Assembly: GCA_965649825.1 (NCBI GenBank)
Contig: OZ287698.1
Coordinates: 449,949 to 513,948 of the forward strand
Direction: 5' to 3'
Length of the DNA stretch: 64,000 nt
Source of the DNA: Penicillus capitatus
Lineage: Eukaryota > Plantae > Chlorophyta
The translations under genes were made by a program, and so were the position numbers. The notes beneath the pieces are model-generated. The model ran no database searches and was not told the DNA's origin. It worked only from the letters and a program-made list of their open reading frames with translations. Below are positions 11,045-24,970 of this stretch, one piece after another (positions within the stretch are counted from its first letter, which is position 1; each line of letters starts with the position of its first letter).

Positions 11045-12416
11045 ATGGCGCTCGACCAAAAGGACGCCGGAAATGACGAAGAAAACCCGCTTGCACCAAA
11101 AACCACAACAACCGAAACAGACGTACTCATTCACAAAAGCAAAAAGGAGGTCGCGAACCTTAAAAGTATCGAGGCGTATCTTCTCCATTGGCTAATTAAG
11201 AAATGCCTCTGTTCTAGACATCAGCAAAGAGACAGACGCAGAAAACAGAACCATCTTCGAAAGAGTGAAACATCATGCTGAGCCCTTTGTGAGGTGTGTG
11301 GCTATGTGCCGAGAAGAGCGAGGAACGCATGATTGTTTAGGTACTACGTCAACAACTATGTGCTGTTGATTCTAACGGCTTCGATCGGAACCGCGTTGAA
11401 CATAACGAGCTTCAAAATCTTGTCGACCAAGATATCAGTCATAGAGGTTTCGGCAGTGCGATCACTGTGCTGTGTTCTGATCCTCTTCGCCATGTGCCGT
11501 TGGAAGAACATACAATGGAAAGAATCACGCTCACACCTTACACTCATTCTTATCAGAGGCATTATGGGCGGCGCCGCCTTTCTTGCCCAAGTCATGGCGA
11601 CCGCAATGCTTCCTTTGGGAGAATCCGCTTTTATGTACAACAGTTATCCAGGTGAAAGCCTCCATCGTCATCTTCTGATCTGAGGCATGTTCTTTCTCAG
11701 TCTTTACGTCGGTGTTGTCTTCTCTGTTTGGCATGGAACGCCTTGGGATTGTTGCATGGGGAGGGGCAGTTGGTTGCTTGATTGGCAATGCATTGCTTGC
11801 ACATCCTCCCTTTCTCTTTGGAGGACACGAAGAGTGGGGACAGCAACGCTTGATCGGTATTCTCTTTGCACTGGGCGGAGCTCTCTTGATGAGTTCTATG
11901 TTCATTGTTCTGAGGTAAGCACGATTTCGCAGATCCCATATCGCAACCAAGGAATTCTGTCATCCTTGTAGAAGGTTGGGAGGTAGTGTGAGTACGATGG
12001 TGCTGACCATCGTTACGAACATATTCATTGTGCTTTTCAGTTTGCCCTTCTTGTTCTTGGGTTATCCTAAGACGGTGAGTCTGTCCGTCGATTGGGTGTA
12101 CATCATTCCCTTCCTGATGACGATCGTCTCAGGCACAGCGGTCATGTGCGCTATGTCGCGGGCTTTTCAGATTGGACCCCCGTCGAAGGTAACTTCTCTG
12201 TTCATGACAAATACGTTGCTGGCTGCTGCCATCGGTGTCTTGGCACTGTCTGAGAAGATGTCTTTCGTTTCGATCATCGGCGCAGCAACGATTTTGCTCG
12301 CGGTTCTGCTCGTTCTGGCGAAAAGATCTGAAAAGAGCGAGAAGAGCCAGTATCGAGCAGTTCCTGCAGAAGAAGATGAAGAGGCAATCGAGATGTCCAC
12401 ACAACAAGCCGCTTGA
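11045..12416 (+). CDS. EamA/DMT (SLC35G-like) transporter
   Basis: Multi-TM exons 11333-11683, 11712-11918 and 11976-12416 join via GT-AG introns. Motifs LIRGIMGG...LPLGESAF and SRAFQIGPPSKV. Confidence 0.85.
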
Positions 12417-13557
12417 TGCTAGATTTTCTGTTTATGGGGGTGTTTTTTTATATTCCGAGGCACGAATTGAATTGCCTGCCATATGATTTTTATTCCAGTC
12501 AGTGTTCGCAACTTTAGCATTTGGTATTAGAAAGGGAAGAAACAAATGCGTTCTTCCTTTGAAAACGATCAAAATCGAAACGACTGGTCTGGACTGCGTC
12601 TTTATCTGTAATGGCAATGTGCGTTAAGAAAGTAGCTGAGCGTATGTATATGCTCTGCACTTTGTCCATTTCCACAGAATGACATATTTACTTTGCTTGC
12701 TTGAACACTCTTGGCAGTCTACTCCTTGGATGCACAGATACTCGGCAATGCAGGCTAAGAAAGGTTCATCCTCACTTGGTGCTGCATACAGGGACACAAT
12801 CTTCCCAAGGCCGCCAAATGAAGAAGTAGTCAAATGAGGCAGTGCTCGAAAACAGAGCGAACGTATATGCTTACTTTGGCCAAAAGGAAAGTTGCCCAGG
12901 TGACATCTCTGTCCTTTCATTCTGCTGTGAGCGTGATGACAAACAGTCGTGATGATGGCTCACGTCGCAGGAATCGTCCTGTCCTGTGCTCTGCTGCAAA
13001 GAAGCGTTAAGTACCGACGTTTCTTCTTTATCCTATTCATGCGGTTATCACATCAAACAGAGACAACGGAGAAGTGCCCTTCCATGCGTCTGGTACTGAT
13101 GATCACCTTTCTCTGCCTTTTCGGCTCAACTCCTCTCGAACACAAAAGGCATATCCTGTGCTTCGCAGACCGCAGTGTGATAGGAAGTGTGATTGTCATC
13201 CACTACAGTGTATGGATGTCTGCAACATCTTCACAGCAGTGTGGACAAAGATACACACTAACAAATCCTTCCCATACTGAACTCTCATAGCAATCTCGCA
13301 GTAAGTGGAGCAAAGAGAAGGCATTTCCCAGATAGACTGAGATGGATTAAATCTAGAAAGCAGGACAGAAAAGGGAACATCTTGTCGTTTACTGGGTGTG
13401 GCATTTTAAGCTCCACTTTGGAGGCTATGTCTTCTTCTCCGCAGAATCATTTTTGTTGATCAAGACATTCGATTAACCGTCAGCCAGACATAGAATCCAA
13501 CAGTACGACACTTTGACGTCTACTTCGACAGCCAGCTGCAGATCTTTACAGGCGACC

Positions 13558-14187
13558 ATGAGCAGCGAAGCGAGTCGCGGGAGCGAAGGCGCCGGGTCAA
13601 ACGCTATTCCCATTACCTCCCTCTCTATTCCCGACCTTCAAAGCCTACGCGAAAAAGTCGACGTCGAAGTGCAACGCCTTCAGTCAAGCAAATTTCAGCT
13701 TCAACGTGTCCTTAGCGCCTTTCAATCCTCAGACGTCGCCATCCGTCGTCTCAGCGAATCCCAACAAGGTCTCACTAAGTCCATTCCCACCACTTTTTGC
13801 CAGCCGCTGTCGCAGGAGATGAGATTCTGTTACCCCTGACAGAGTCGCTTTACGTCACCGGTCGCGTCGCCTCCACCGAAAAAGTCGTCGTCGACGTCGG
13901 CACCGGCTATTACGTCGAGGTAGGCCACCCGCCGCCACTCTACCCAACAGCAACCGTCCATACAGAGGACGGTCGATGAGGCCGGGGACTACTGCAAACG
14001 CAAAGCTGCCTATCTCACCGAGAACATCAAACAAGTCGGTCAGGTCTTCGCATCCTGTCACCACTCTCGCTGCCAAACTCGACCATTCCAGGCTCTGATG
14101 GAACAGCAGAAGGCGTTGAATATGATCGGTCATGTGCTGCAGGAGAAAATGCAGCAACAGCAGTCGGGCGAAGCTTCGCCTAGTTAG
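13558..14187 (+). CDS. PFDN5: Prefoldin subunit 5 (alpha type)
   Basis: [15 protein letters not shown]...[12 protein letters not shown], with 3 short introns. Confidence 0.93.
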
Positions 14188-14443
14188 ATGTGGTCCTCGA
14201 CGGTTGACCGACGCACCTGTAGTACCTTATGTGGTCTTGAGTTCGTTGCCCTTTGGCGCATGCATCCCCCCTTCGAGTGAATCGTCGAGCATTTTGTTGA
14301 ACATGTCTGCGTTGTCGTCTCATTTTTCGGCCGCCGTTCCGCAGCGCCGCCCTCCTTTGCCGCTGAAACGTCGCAGAGTCGACGGTAAAAGGAAGAAAAC
14401 AAGATTACGTGCACAACAGGATTTGACGCGTCGTTCAGTCGCA

Positions 14444-17400
14444 ATGCTTTCGCGTGTTCTGGGCCGACAGATCGGTGGGCGGCTTGTTCGATTTTCACCC
14501 GTCTGCTGCGCCACCGGTATCACTCAAACAGCCAAACTCGCCTCCGGGATTCCTTACGAAGAGCTAACGATCGGTAAGTCGGCTAAGACCAACGACGCTT
14601 TGATCAACGTCACGGAATGGCGGCCCTGAGCCCGCAATGGATAGGATCTGAGGATGTGATGGGTATGGTATGATAGGTGTGCCGAAAGAGACCTTTCCAA
14701 ATGAACAGCGAGTGGCATTGACGCCCACTGCCGCAGCCCAGTTGATCAAACAGGGGTTCAGAGTGCACGTCGAAAGCGGTGCCGGTCAGAATGCCAAGTT
14801 CTCGGTTCGTCGCCGCCACATCAGCTGAGATGACGTCAGAAGCGAGATGGGATTTGGCAGGATGAAGCATATAAGAAGGTCGGCGTCAAGATTGTCGATC
14901 AGCAGATGGCGTTCGAGCAAGATATCGTTTTGAAGATTCGGCCACCGTCGATCGATCACGAAGTCCAGCTGCTCAAAGAACGTGCCAGGTCAGGATTCGA
15001 TAGGCCAGGCACTCGTGCGAGATCTCACATGCAGATTGATCAGTTATATCAATCCAGCTACGAACACAGATCTCGTCGATTCTCTCAAAGAAAAGAAGGC
15101 GACCGTCATAGGTATCCCTGAGCATTTGTGTGATGCTGTGTCTTGACTGTGTGGTGTCTGAAATCTAGGTATGGATTGTATCCCCAGGCAGCTCAGGTAT
15201 CGTGTCTCTCTTTGCTGTTGAGTAAGAGGGGACGGCGGTGGTGTGTGTTCAGTCGGGCTCAGACATTTGACAGTCTCAGTTCTATGGCAAACATTGCAGG
15301 ATACCGCGCAGTGGTGGAGGCAGCACATCATTTTGGGAGATTCTTTACCGGACAGATCACAGCGGCAGGCCGTGTCCCTCCTGCCAAGATTCTCATCATT
15401 GGTATGCTATCGGGCGATGGTGCCAAATGACAGATGGCGGCGATCAGGGGGAGGAGTGGCGGGTCTATCCGCCATTGGAACCGCTAGAGGCATGGGTGCC
15501 ATTGTTCGCGTCTTCGACACCCGTGCAGCCGTGGAAGAACAGGTGAAGGCTTCATCTCTGCCATCCCTTGCCTAGGCAACCCTTACGTATCTGTAGGCAA
15601 AGTCACTCGGAGCCGAGTTTTTGACAGTTAATGTAAAAGAGAGCGGCGAAGGATCGGGTGGTTACGCCAAGACCATGTCTAAAGAATTCATCGAAGCAGA
15701 AATGAAGCTCTTTGCAGAACAGTGCAGAGAGGTGGACATCATTATCAGCACGGCGCTCATTCCTGGAAAGAAAGCGCCTTTGCTCATTACTAAAGAGATG
15801 ATCGAGACGATGAAACCAGGTTTCCGCCATCTCACCTTTCTCCCATCTCTGAAGCCTCTGTCCGACAAGGATCTGTCACGGTGGATCTGGCAGCCGAAGC
15901 TGGAGGAAACGTTGAGACCACTGTTCCAGGACAAGTCAATTATCACAAGGTTTGTTGGTTGAGTGAGAAAGTGTGAGAAATAGATTTTGTGTAGGGGGTG
16001 ACATGTATTGGTTACACAGATCTGCCAAGTCGCTTGCCTTCTCAATCGAGCACCCTCTATGCGAACAACATTTCCAAGTTCTTGCTCTCGATGGGACCTT
16101 TCACAACGCAGGAGAAAGGAAAGTTCTTGATCGATCCTGCAGACGAAGCTGTCAGAGGGGCACTGGTGCTCGAAGAAGGAAAGCTCATGTGGCCAGCGCC
16201 GCCGCCAAAAGTAACGGAATCTCACTCCTGCGAGCAATGCCAGTAAGACATCTCTTGAATGGCAGCAAGCGACGGCAACGCCGGCTCCGGTGGAGACCAA
16301 GGTGGATGTGCCCAGTGGACCGCCAGATAAATACCCAGAAACGCTCAGAAGTGCATTGACAACGTCCGGTGCACTGGGATCCGTATTAGCTCTGGGTTAT
16401 GCTTCTCCTGGACCAGTGATCAGCTCTATGCTGACGAAATTCGGTCTTGCGTCGATCTGTGGGTATCAGACTGTCTGGGGTGTGACCCCGGCACTGCATT
16501 CGCCACTCATGTCGGTCACCAATGCAATCTCTGGACTGACTGCCGTGGGTGGGATGCTGTTGATGGGCTCCGGCGCAGGCGGTCCAGGTCTCTATCCAGC
16601 AGACACCCCTCAGGCACTCGCTTCGACGGCGCTGTTTGTCTCCTCCATCAATATCGGCGGCGGTTTTCAAGTCACGCAAAGGTATGGCTCTTATCTCGCC
16701 ATCTCCTTGCTCAGCCATGTGCATTGGCAGAATGCTGGACATGTTTAAGAGAGAGGGAGATCCCAAGGAGTATAACTATCTCTATGGTATTCCAGGTGCT
16801 GTTATGCTTGGGGGTTATGCCTTTGGGCATCTGTCTGGCTCCACTGACATGACAGATGTTACCTATTTGGCAGCAAGTGCCTGTTGCATTGGCGCCATAG
16901 CGTGTCTCTCTCAGCAGTCCACTGCTAGAGTGGGCAATGCGCTTGGAATGGTGGGGGTCACATCAGGAATTGCAGCCACGATGGGCGTCATGCCACCCAG
17001 TGGTCCTCTTTTCACACAGATGTTTGGGCTTCTGGGCACAGGAACTGCTCTGGGTATTTATTTAGCCAGACGCATGAAAGTAACGGATCTGCCACAAATG
17101 GTGGCTGCCTTTCATGCTTTGGTCGGCGCCGCCGCCACCACAACATCCATTTCCAATTTCATGATGCTGGATCACATGGATAACACACACAAGATCACGG
17201 CCTTCCTCGGAGCATTCATTGGCGCCGTCACCCTCACTGGTAAACCAACGCCCACGCTCAAGTGTACGACAGATGGATATGTGCACTCGCGTGCAGGTTC
17301 GGCAACGGCATTCGGAAAGCTGAATGGAAATCTGCCCTCGGCCCCTCTCAGTCTTCCCGGCAAGAATTTCTTGAATCTTGTCTTGGCTGCTGGCAATGTC

Positions 17401-18396
17401 GGCGCCGGAGTGCTGTTCCTCAAGGACAGCGATCCCACAACAGGGTAGGTCGCCCTCTCATACCAGCCTGCATCCGTTACGCGATCCATGGTGTGATCTA
17501 GTCTCGCTTGCCTCTCTGCCACAAGTGCTCTGGGAGGAGTCATGGGAGCACACATGACGGCTTCCATCGGAGGAGCCGATATGCCGGTGGTGATTACTTT
17601 GCTCAACAGCTACAGTGGCTACGCCCTCTGTGCCGAAGGATTCATGCTTGGCAACGATTTGCTCACAGCTGTTGGCGCCTTGATCGGATCATCGGGTGCC
17701 ATTCTCTCCTACATCATGTGCAGGGCGATGAATCGATCGCTGGCGAATGTCATCCTTGGAGGCTATGGCACATCAGCCAAGGCCGCAAAGGTCGAAGGCA
17801 CGCACCAAGAGACCGATGTGCCCGGAGCTGTCGAATCGCTCACGACAGCAGAGAATGTGATCATCGTTCCTGGCTATGGCCTGGCTGTTGCCAACGCACA
17901 GTATGCCATTTCGGACCTCGTGCGGACATTGCGTGCCAAAGGCGTCAATGTCCGTTTCGGCATTCACCCCGTTGCTGGACGCATGCCTGGGCAACTGAAT
18001 GTGCTCCTGGCAGAAGCCAAGGTACCTTATGACGTGGTCTTAGAAATGGACGAGATCAACGAGGACTTCAAAGAGACAGATGTAGCTCTTGTCATGGGTA
18101 CCTCCATCAGTCTGTCCACGGTGCTCTCTCGATGGAGATGCTGACTAGGGGCAAACGACACGGTCAATTCGGCAGCGCTCGAAGATCCGAACTCCGTCAT
18201 TGCAGGCATGCCAGTATTGGAAGTGTGGAAAGCGAAGCAAGTGATCATCGTGAAACGTACGATGGGATCGGGCTACGCTGGAGCGGATAATCCTGTCTTC
18301 TACAAACCCAACACCATGATGTTGCTCGGAGATGCTAAAAACATTGCGGAATCGCTAAAGACCCAAGTCAATGCGCATTTCGGCGTCTCTGAGTGA
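14444..18396 (+). CDS. NNT: Mitochondrial NAD(P) transhydrogenase (alpha-beta fusion)
   Basis: [84 protein letters not shown]; about 12 GT-AG introns and an N-terminal presequence. Confidence 0.97.
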
Positions 18397-18515
18397 AGGA
18401 ATCGTCTCTGCGTGAGACAGTCATCAACGAATCAACTGCACTTTTGAATAAGATGTCCCTAGACACTTGGCCAATGCATGCACCTTTAATCCTAAGCATC
18501 CTTCGCCTCTGAATC

Positions 18516-19344
18516 TCAGCCGTTCATCGGTCTCAAATGACATCCAATCAATCCAGGGCCTCCCCATTTTCGTGGGGTCAATTCCAAACGCCGCACCTCG
18601 CCGTTACGCAGGAACACTGTTTCCACGACGTGTCCTTCGCGTTCCTGTACACGTCATCACAATTAGATTGCTCGATCTCTGCGTTGTGTGATTTCTGCCT
18701 TTAATACAGCAGCAACTCTTGCCAAGATGCCATCGTTCTTTGTGGCCTGGCCCCGGACAGGTCCGCACTGACACAGTTGATCGCCACATTCAATACCAGC
18801 TGCCGATGCTGGACTGTCAGGACTCACATCATCCACATAGGCAAACGGATAGTATCCACCACCTTCATCTCACACTAATCACCGCCGCCATTCTTCCACG
18901 CTCTCTCACTCTTTTCGGATGCTGACGGTTTCAATGACACTTCAGCGGCTGATCCAGTATCGATCTCCATAGCATCTCTATACATGACTGAACGCATTCC
19001 CCACATGATGACACCTCATCATATAGACCGTGCTTCGGCATGGAGTTTCAGAAGGGTCTCTTGGATTTCGTCCGTGATCGATTTGTGATCATTCGTCAAC
19101 ACGGAGACGCGGTGGCGGTCCTCTCTCACTGCATAGACATCGATATCCGAGCGCGGAAATCCCTGCAGATTCCTATATCTCTCTTATCGGCGCGACGCGT
19201 CGTTACCTCTGCATCGACGAGGCTTCCGTTGCGTCCTGCGCCACCGGGTCCCTCCAATCGAGCCAATCGTTCTTCGATTTCTTTCTCGATCGTATCGCGA
19301 ATCGCCATGAGGTGGCGAAGTCGTTCCTTCAGCGGTTCCATCAC
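18516..19344 (-). CDS. PSMD9: 26S proteasome assembly chaperone p27/Nas2 (PDZ)
   Basis: SLVDAE|GFPRSDIDVYAVREDRHR; PDZ FAYVDDVSPDSPA; C-terminus LTPRKWGGPGLIGCHL. Confidence 0.92.
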
Positions 19345-19509
19345 GACCAGGCTGAAACAGCGAAACCGTCAGAGAGTTTCATCATCGTTCGTTGATGTGA
19401 CGTTCGCTGCCCTGTCCAATCGCCAGACACATCACCAGTCGTCGTCGTCGTATCTACTTGTGTCCTATTTGCCTCGACGCCGCCCCTTCGACGCAGACGT
19501 GGTTCGGTG

Positions 19510-20869
19510 ATGGACACGATCGCGAGCCAACAGGAAATGGCGGAGTTCGATTTGCACGACCCTCGTTTCAAAACCGATGCCTTTATGGTCTACGGCTTCA
19601 AAGTAAACCGCCGCCGCGTCGCGACGCGACGCGCCTCGCCTCGCCGAACGAACACACGTCACTCCCTTAGGTCGCGCCGTGTCGTCGAACGCGGCGTCAC
19701 GACTGGCGCGAATGTCCCTATGCCCATAGCGGCGAAGTGGCCCGTCGTCGAGACCCTCTCCTCTACTCCTATGTCGGTATCATCTGCCCCGATGCCAAAA
19801 AGGTCCACCTGCCACTCCATTCGATCCGACGCCATCAACGTCTGCAGACTTCGCCGTGTCCGCGTGGAGATCGTTGCCCTTACACGCATAGTCTATTTGA
19901 GTACTGGCTGCATCCAACTCGGTCCGTTTCGGCAATTGGACGACGGCACGATGGTCGCATGTGCTCTTTAGGTACAAGACGGAGTTCTGTAGTCGTGGAC
20001 GACAATGCACCCGTCCGTTTTGTTTCTTTGCCCACTCGGAGGCGGAAATGCGCCCGGTCGATACAAAGGCGTTGTTGGCTGTTGCGATGTCTTCCCACGT
20101 GGACGCCGCAACGACAACGCCGGCGGCGATCTCGAACGCGCCGCCTCATTCACTCACACCGGCGTATCTCCCGTTCGATGATACGGTCACCCGCACGGCC
20201 GATTGGTTACGAGTAAGTCACACTTCATGTTTCATCATTCAAAAGAGTGACCTCTCTTTTTCCACACAGAACACATCTTTCTTTGACCCGATGCCTGTGA
20301 GGTCACAGTCGCTTGCAGAAAGATCCTTGATGCGTGGAAATGGTCTCTATGGTGTGAACCTGACCGATCTGCCATTGCTGCGTGCCCAGAACGATTCGCC
20401 GCTTCTGGCATCACAGACGCCATCTTTGGCGGCGCCATGGGATACTATTTATGAGAACGGTCATGTGTCGGCGATGGAGCATACAATGCCTCTGGATTTT
20501 CACCGTCCTTATTCCACACCGGATGCCACCAATGCTTCAGATGTCATTAGCAGATTGGGACTTAGTTACTTGCAACAGAGCGCCAAACAGCAGCGCGCCT
20601 GCCAGCCAAATGGCAACGGATTGAGCATTGAAGGACGAAGAGGTGGTTTGCTCCCAGTATCGAGGACCCCAACATTGGCGCCATTGTTGGACTCGGCAAG
20701 AATAGGGATGACAGATGTCGATGGCACCTATGCAGGAGTGGACAGGCACAGCAAGGATGCCCGTCTGCTGCCCTTGAACGCTGACGTGCATCTTCTGAAG
20801 ACGATCGATGCCAAGAGGGGACGCAGTATGCCAACAACTCTACCCCAGAGTTCTGGATACTTCTACTAG
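19510..20869 (+). CDS. Tandem CCCH zinc-finger protein (plant RR-TZF type)
   Basis: FMVYGFK|V...HDWRECPYAHSGEVARRRDP, CPRGDRCPYTHSLFEYWLHP and YKTEFC...CTRPFCFFAH. Confidence 0.92.
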
Positions 20870-21435
20870 AAAACGACCGAAGGAGTCTACAAAGAGACTC
20901 CGTCTCGCGCTTTCACACTTTTTTCTTAAGTATGGACATCGCTTGATATGCTTGAGGGATGAAGCAAAGACAGGAGCTGCCTTAATCAATGACGGATTGC
21001 TGATCTGGTTTCTCTCTTTAAGTCTTGTTAAGAACGGCCTGTTGACTGAATGGGTACTGGGGGCTGACCCAGGCAGCAAAAACAAGTGGACACTGACATT
21101 GGCATTTCCATTTTTGTCACGCACTTGCTCACTGTTGTTGGATTTTGACTTTGGCTGACAGGCACCTGTGTTAGCAGATCCTCTGTCTGGCCAAGACAGT
21201 TGGACAGCCTTGCCCGTTTTGTTCTCTGTGTCACACAAGCTGTCTTCATCCTCCTCACAATTTCAAGTCTAAGCAAATTCGTGTGTCACATCATCACTCT
21301 CTTTTTCTAGCCATGGATCAGGGACATCCAACCGTTTCTCACCAATCCTTGTAGTTTAGTACCATGCAAACGAACAGGCACTTTGCTGTCTTTCTTGCAC
21401 TTTGCAGCAAGTCGTGTTTTTAAAGAATAAGACAT

Positions 21436-23405
21436 TCAGACTTTATGCTTTTGGCGTAAATGCTCTTTGTACGACACAATATCACCATTCCATCTCTTCA
21501 CTGCTCCGTTCGCCACTTCCCAAATCTCTTGAGCCACTTGGGAGATAAGACGGAAATCGTGGCTGACCAACACCATGCCGCCATCCCATTGATTGATAGC
21601 CGCCGCTAGTGAATCGATGGTTTCCATGTCCAAGTGATTGGTCGGTTCGTCCAACAAAAGAATGTGTGGCGTACGATAAGCGAGCCACGCAAACATCAGG
21701 CGACTACGCAAGCCATCCGACATCTGACGAATGGGATGCGTCTGTGTGGGACCCGTAATACCAAATCTGCCTATCATGCTACGCGTCTTCTCCACCGAAT
21801 TGCCCTTGAACTCTTGCATCTAGATGCACAGCCATGCACAAGGTGATCATCCGTCACATCACGCATCTCCATACCATGTACTCAAGCGGTGTCTGATCCG
21901 GGTTGAGTTTCTCGGCCAAGTGCTGATGATACTGAGCGATTCTGAGATGATTGTGTCGCTTGACCATGCCATCGACAGGCTCCAGCTCCCCAATCATCAG
22001 CTTCAGCAACGTTGACTTCCCAGCTCCATTGGGACCGACAACCGCCACTCTGGAATCCAAATCCACACCGAAATCCACCTAATCCACACCGTCCCCTTTA
22101 CTCTTTCTCATGCATGGAGATGCTGGACATTGGAGTAGAGGATCTTGTCTTTAGAGTAGCCAAACGTCACATCAGAGAATTGCAGGACGGGCGGCGGCAG
22201 TGTCCCCACGTTTTCAAATCGAAAGGTGATCACTTTGTCTCCCTCCACCTTCTCAGTCAGACCTCCCTGAACCATCTTCGCCAGTGTCTTCTCTTTGCTC
22301 TGCGCTTGTCGTGCCAGTTTCGCCGATCCGTGTCCAAAACGGGCAATGTACTCCTTCATGTGAGCAATGCTGTCCTGCTCCTTCTTGTACTGCTTCATTT
22401 GATTCTCCTCCAACTCTCGACGCGTCCGCACATACGTATCATAATTTCCACTGTACCCTTTCAGCTTCTTCCCTTGCATGTGTATGATATTCGTACACAC
22501 CCCATTCAAGAAATCTTGAGAATGCGAGACCAACAAGAGAATGCGTTTGAAGCTCTTTAAATACTGTTCCAGCCAGACACACGCTTCCAGATCCAAATGA
22601 TTCGTTGGCTCATCCAGAATCAGAAACGTTGGATTAATGAACAATGCCCGTGCCAAGGCAATGCGCATACGCCACCCTCCCGAGAACTCACGCGTTTTCT
22701 TGTGTTGCATGGAGTGAGAAAACCCAAGTCCATGCAGAATCTGTGCAGCTCGGGCCTCAGCCGAGCCAGAATCGATATGATCCAATCTGGCACACAGAAT
22801 GCATCATCGCGGACAGATCGATATGATCGAGGTGCATGGATCGGACCTGTCTAGAACATCCTGTAGACGTTGTTCAACTTCGGGCGAAGGATCCATCACC
22901 GCCAGTGCTTCGGAATCTGCTTCGAGGCGTGTTCGTTCATCGTCCACATTCATGACTTCCTCCAGAGCTGTCACATCAGATGCTGGACATTCTCTAGAGA
23001 GATAGTATACGTCAATGTGCTCCGGAATCGCCACTTCCTGTGCTGCAAGAGCGGCGAGCAGGGTGGACTTCCCACATCCGTTCGGGCCAATTAAGCCATA
23101 GCGGCTACATACGCATATCAGGCAGGGGCAGAGAATGGATGGTCGATGACGCACCGGCCGAAGTTGAGCTGCAGCTCCGTATCCATCAGAAGCTCGTGTC
23201 CATGGAACAGAAGTGTCAGACTTTCGATTTGGATGTCGCGAGATTGAGGGTGTGAGGTAATAACGCCAGTGCATGCACGATTCGACACAGCCAGTGTCTC
23301 CTCTGCCTTCACTTCGTTCTCGGCGCTGCTCGGCTTTGTATCGACGCCATTACGTCGGCGCTCTTTCGCCTGAGCTGCTTTCTTCTTTTTGCGGTCGCTC
23401 GGCAT
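21436..23405 (-). CDS. ABCF2: ABC-F family ATPase (ABCF2-like)
   Basis: Two ABC domains ([25 protein letters not shown]; GPNGAGKS) and no TM segments. Confidence 0.95.
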
Positions 23406-23561
23406 CGGCTCAGATGAGATGACAATCAAAGGCAAACGACAACGACGACTCGCTCGACACGTGACATACGCTCGATACGTTCGCTGTATAGATACGGTCG
23501 ATACGGGCAGCAAGCAGTGTTGGGCAACGAGATGTGGGCCGTGTTGATGTGACATTTGGCG

Positions 23562-24970
23562 ATGGATTTCTCTTCCTACCTCTGCCCTTCTACGCCGGAA
23601 CAGATCATAGCGGTACGCGATCGGGAAGGAGTTCGAAAATTGGAGAGCGATGCATTGGATAGGAGTACGTGCCGAAGGAGGAATGGGGAAAGGTATTGCC
23701 AGTGCTCTATGGACACAATCGAGGATGCGACATCGCCGTGCCGGACGCCATGGCAGAGATCCGAGCACGATGTGACGCCAAGGGATACGACTTCACTTAT
23801 ACCCGTTTCCTGGCCGCCCTCAATCCAGACGGTCACCCTCCCACACCCCACATGACACGCATAGCCCTGATCCAGCATCAAATCCAGGCCGATACAAAGG
23901 AACCGTTCGATGTTCAGCGTCAGGTACAGAGAGAGACAGACCTCAAGCACGCATGAATTGGAGATCTCTATCTGTACAGGCCATTATAGAACATGTGGAG
24001 GAGGTGTTGGCTACGGCACAGGATAGTGGTGTGCAGATACTGTGCCTGCAAGAGGCATGGTCGATGCCATTCGTTTTCTGTACACGGGAGAAGCACTGGA
24101 CAGAATTCGCAGAAGAGATCGAAACAGGTCCATCGGTACAGTTCTGTAAAGAACAGGCAAAAAAGGCAAACATGGTCATCATCTGTCCCATCCTGGAACG
24201 CGATGTCGACCACAGCGATGTGCTATGGAACACAGCCGTTGTCATCGGCAACAATGGAAACATCATTGGATATCACAGAAAAGTGATCCCTTGCTTCTCT
24301 TCTGTCGTCTGGACAAGTGTCGTTCATCTGTTTGGCAGAATCATATTCCGAGAGTTGGTGACTTCAATGAGTCGACTTATTATATGGAGGGCAACACTGG
24401 ACATCCCGTTTTCGAAACGGCCTTCGGGAGAATTGCTGTGAATATCTGCTATGGGCGACATCATCCCCTCAACTGGCTTGCTTTTGGTCTCAATGGGGCA
24501 GAAATGGTGTTCAATCCTTCGGCGACGGTGGGAGATCTCAGTGCGCCTCTCTGGCCAATCGAAGCCCGCAATGCAGCCATTGCCAACGGATACTATGTGG
24601 GTGCCATTAACAGAGTGGGAACTGAAATCTTTCCCCGACCCTTCACGTCAGGCGACGGCAAAGAAGCGCATCGTGATTTCGGTCATTTCTATGGATCCAG
24701 CTATGTTGCTGCACCGGATGGTAGTCGGTCCTTCTCTTTGGGCACCGAGAAATCAGGAATGATCATTTCGGACTGCGATCTCGCTCTTTGCAGACAGGCA
24801 AGCTGTCACATCACAATAAAAAGACAACTTTGGTGTGTCAGGTAAAACAGAAGTGGGGATTTCAGATGACGGCGCGGATGCCAATGTACAGCGAACTGTT
24901 ACAGAGATTCATCCAGCACGATTTCAAACCGCAAGTCATTCGAGATCCCTGTCTGCACACTTCTCCCTAA
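23562..24970 (+). CDS. UPB1: Beta-ureidopropionase (nitrilase family)
   Basis: [13 protein letters not shown]|[35 protein letters not shown]. The last intron (24798-24841) is GC-AG. Confidence 0.96.

Noticed and set aside
12417-13557. Possible gene in the 1.1-kb gap (ORFs 12624-12920 and 12949-13290)
   Set aside because: No coherent spliced model or recognisable motif on either strand.
22769-22832. 12-nt direct repeat ATCGATATGATC shared by an ABCF2 intron and the next exon (intron gain by duplication?)
   Set aside because: Too short, out of frame, and built from words common in this genome.
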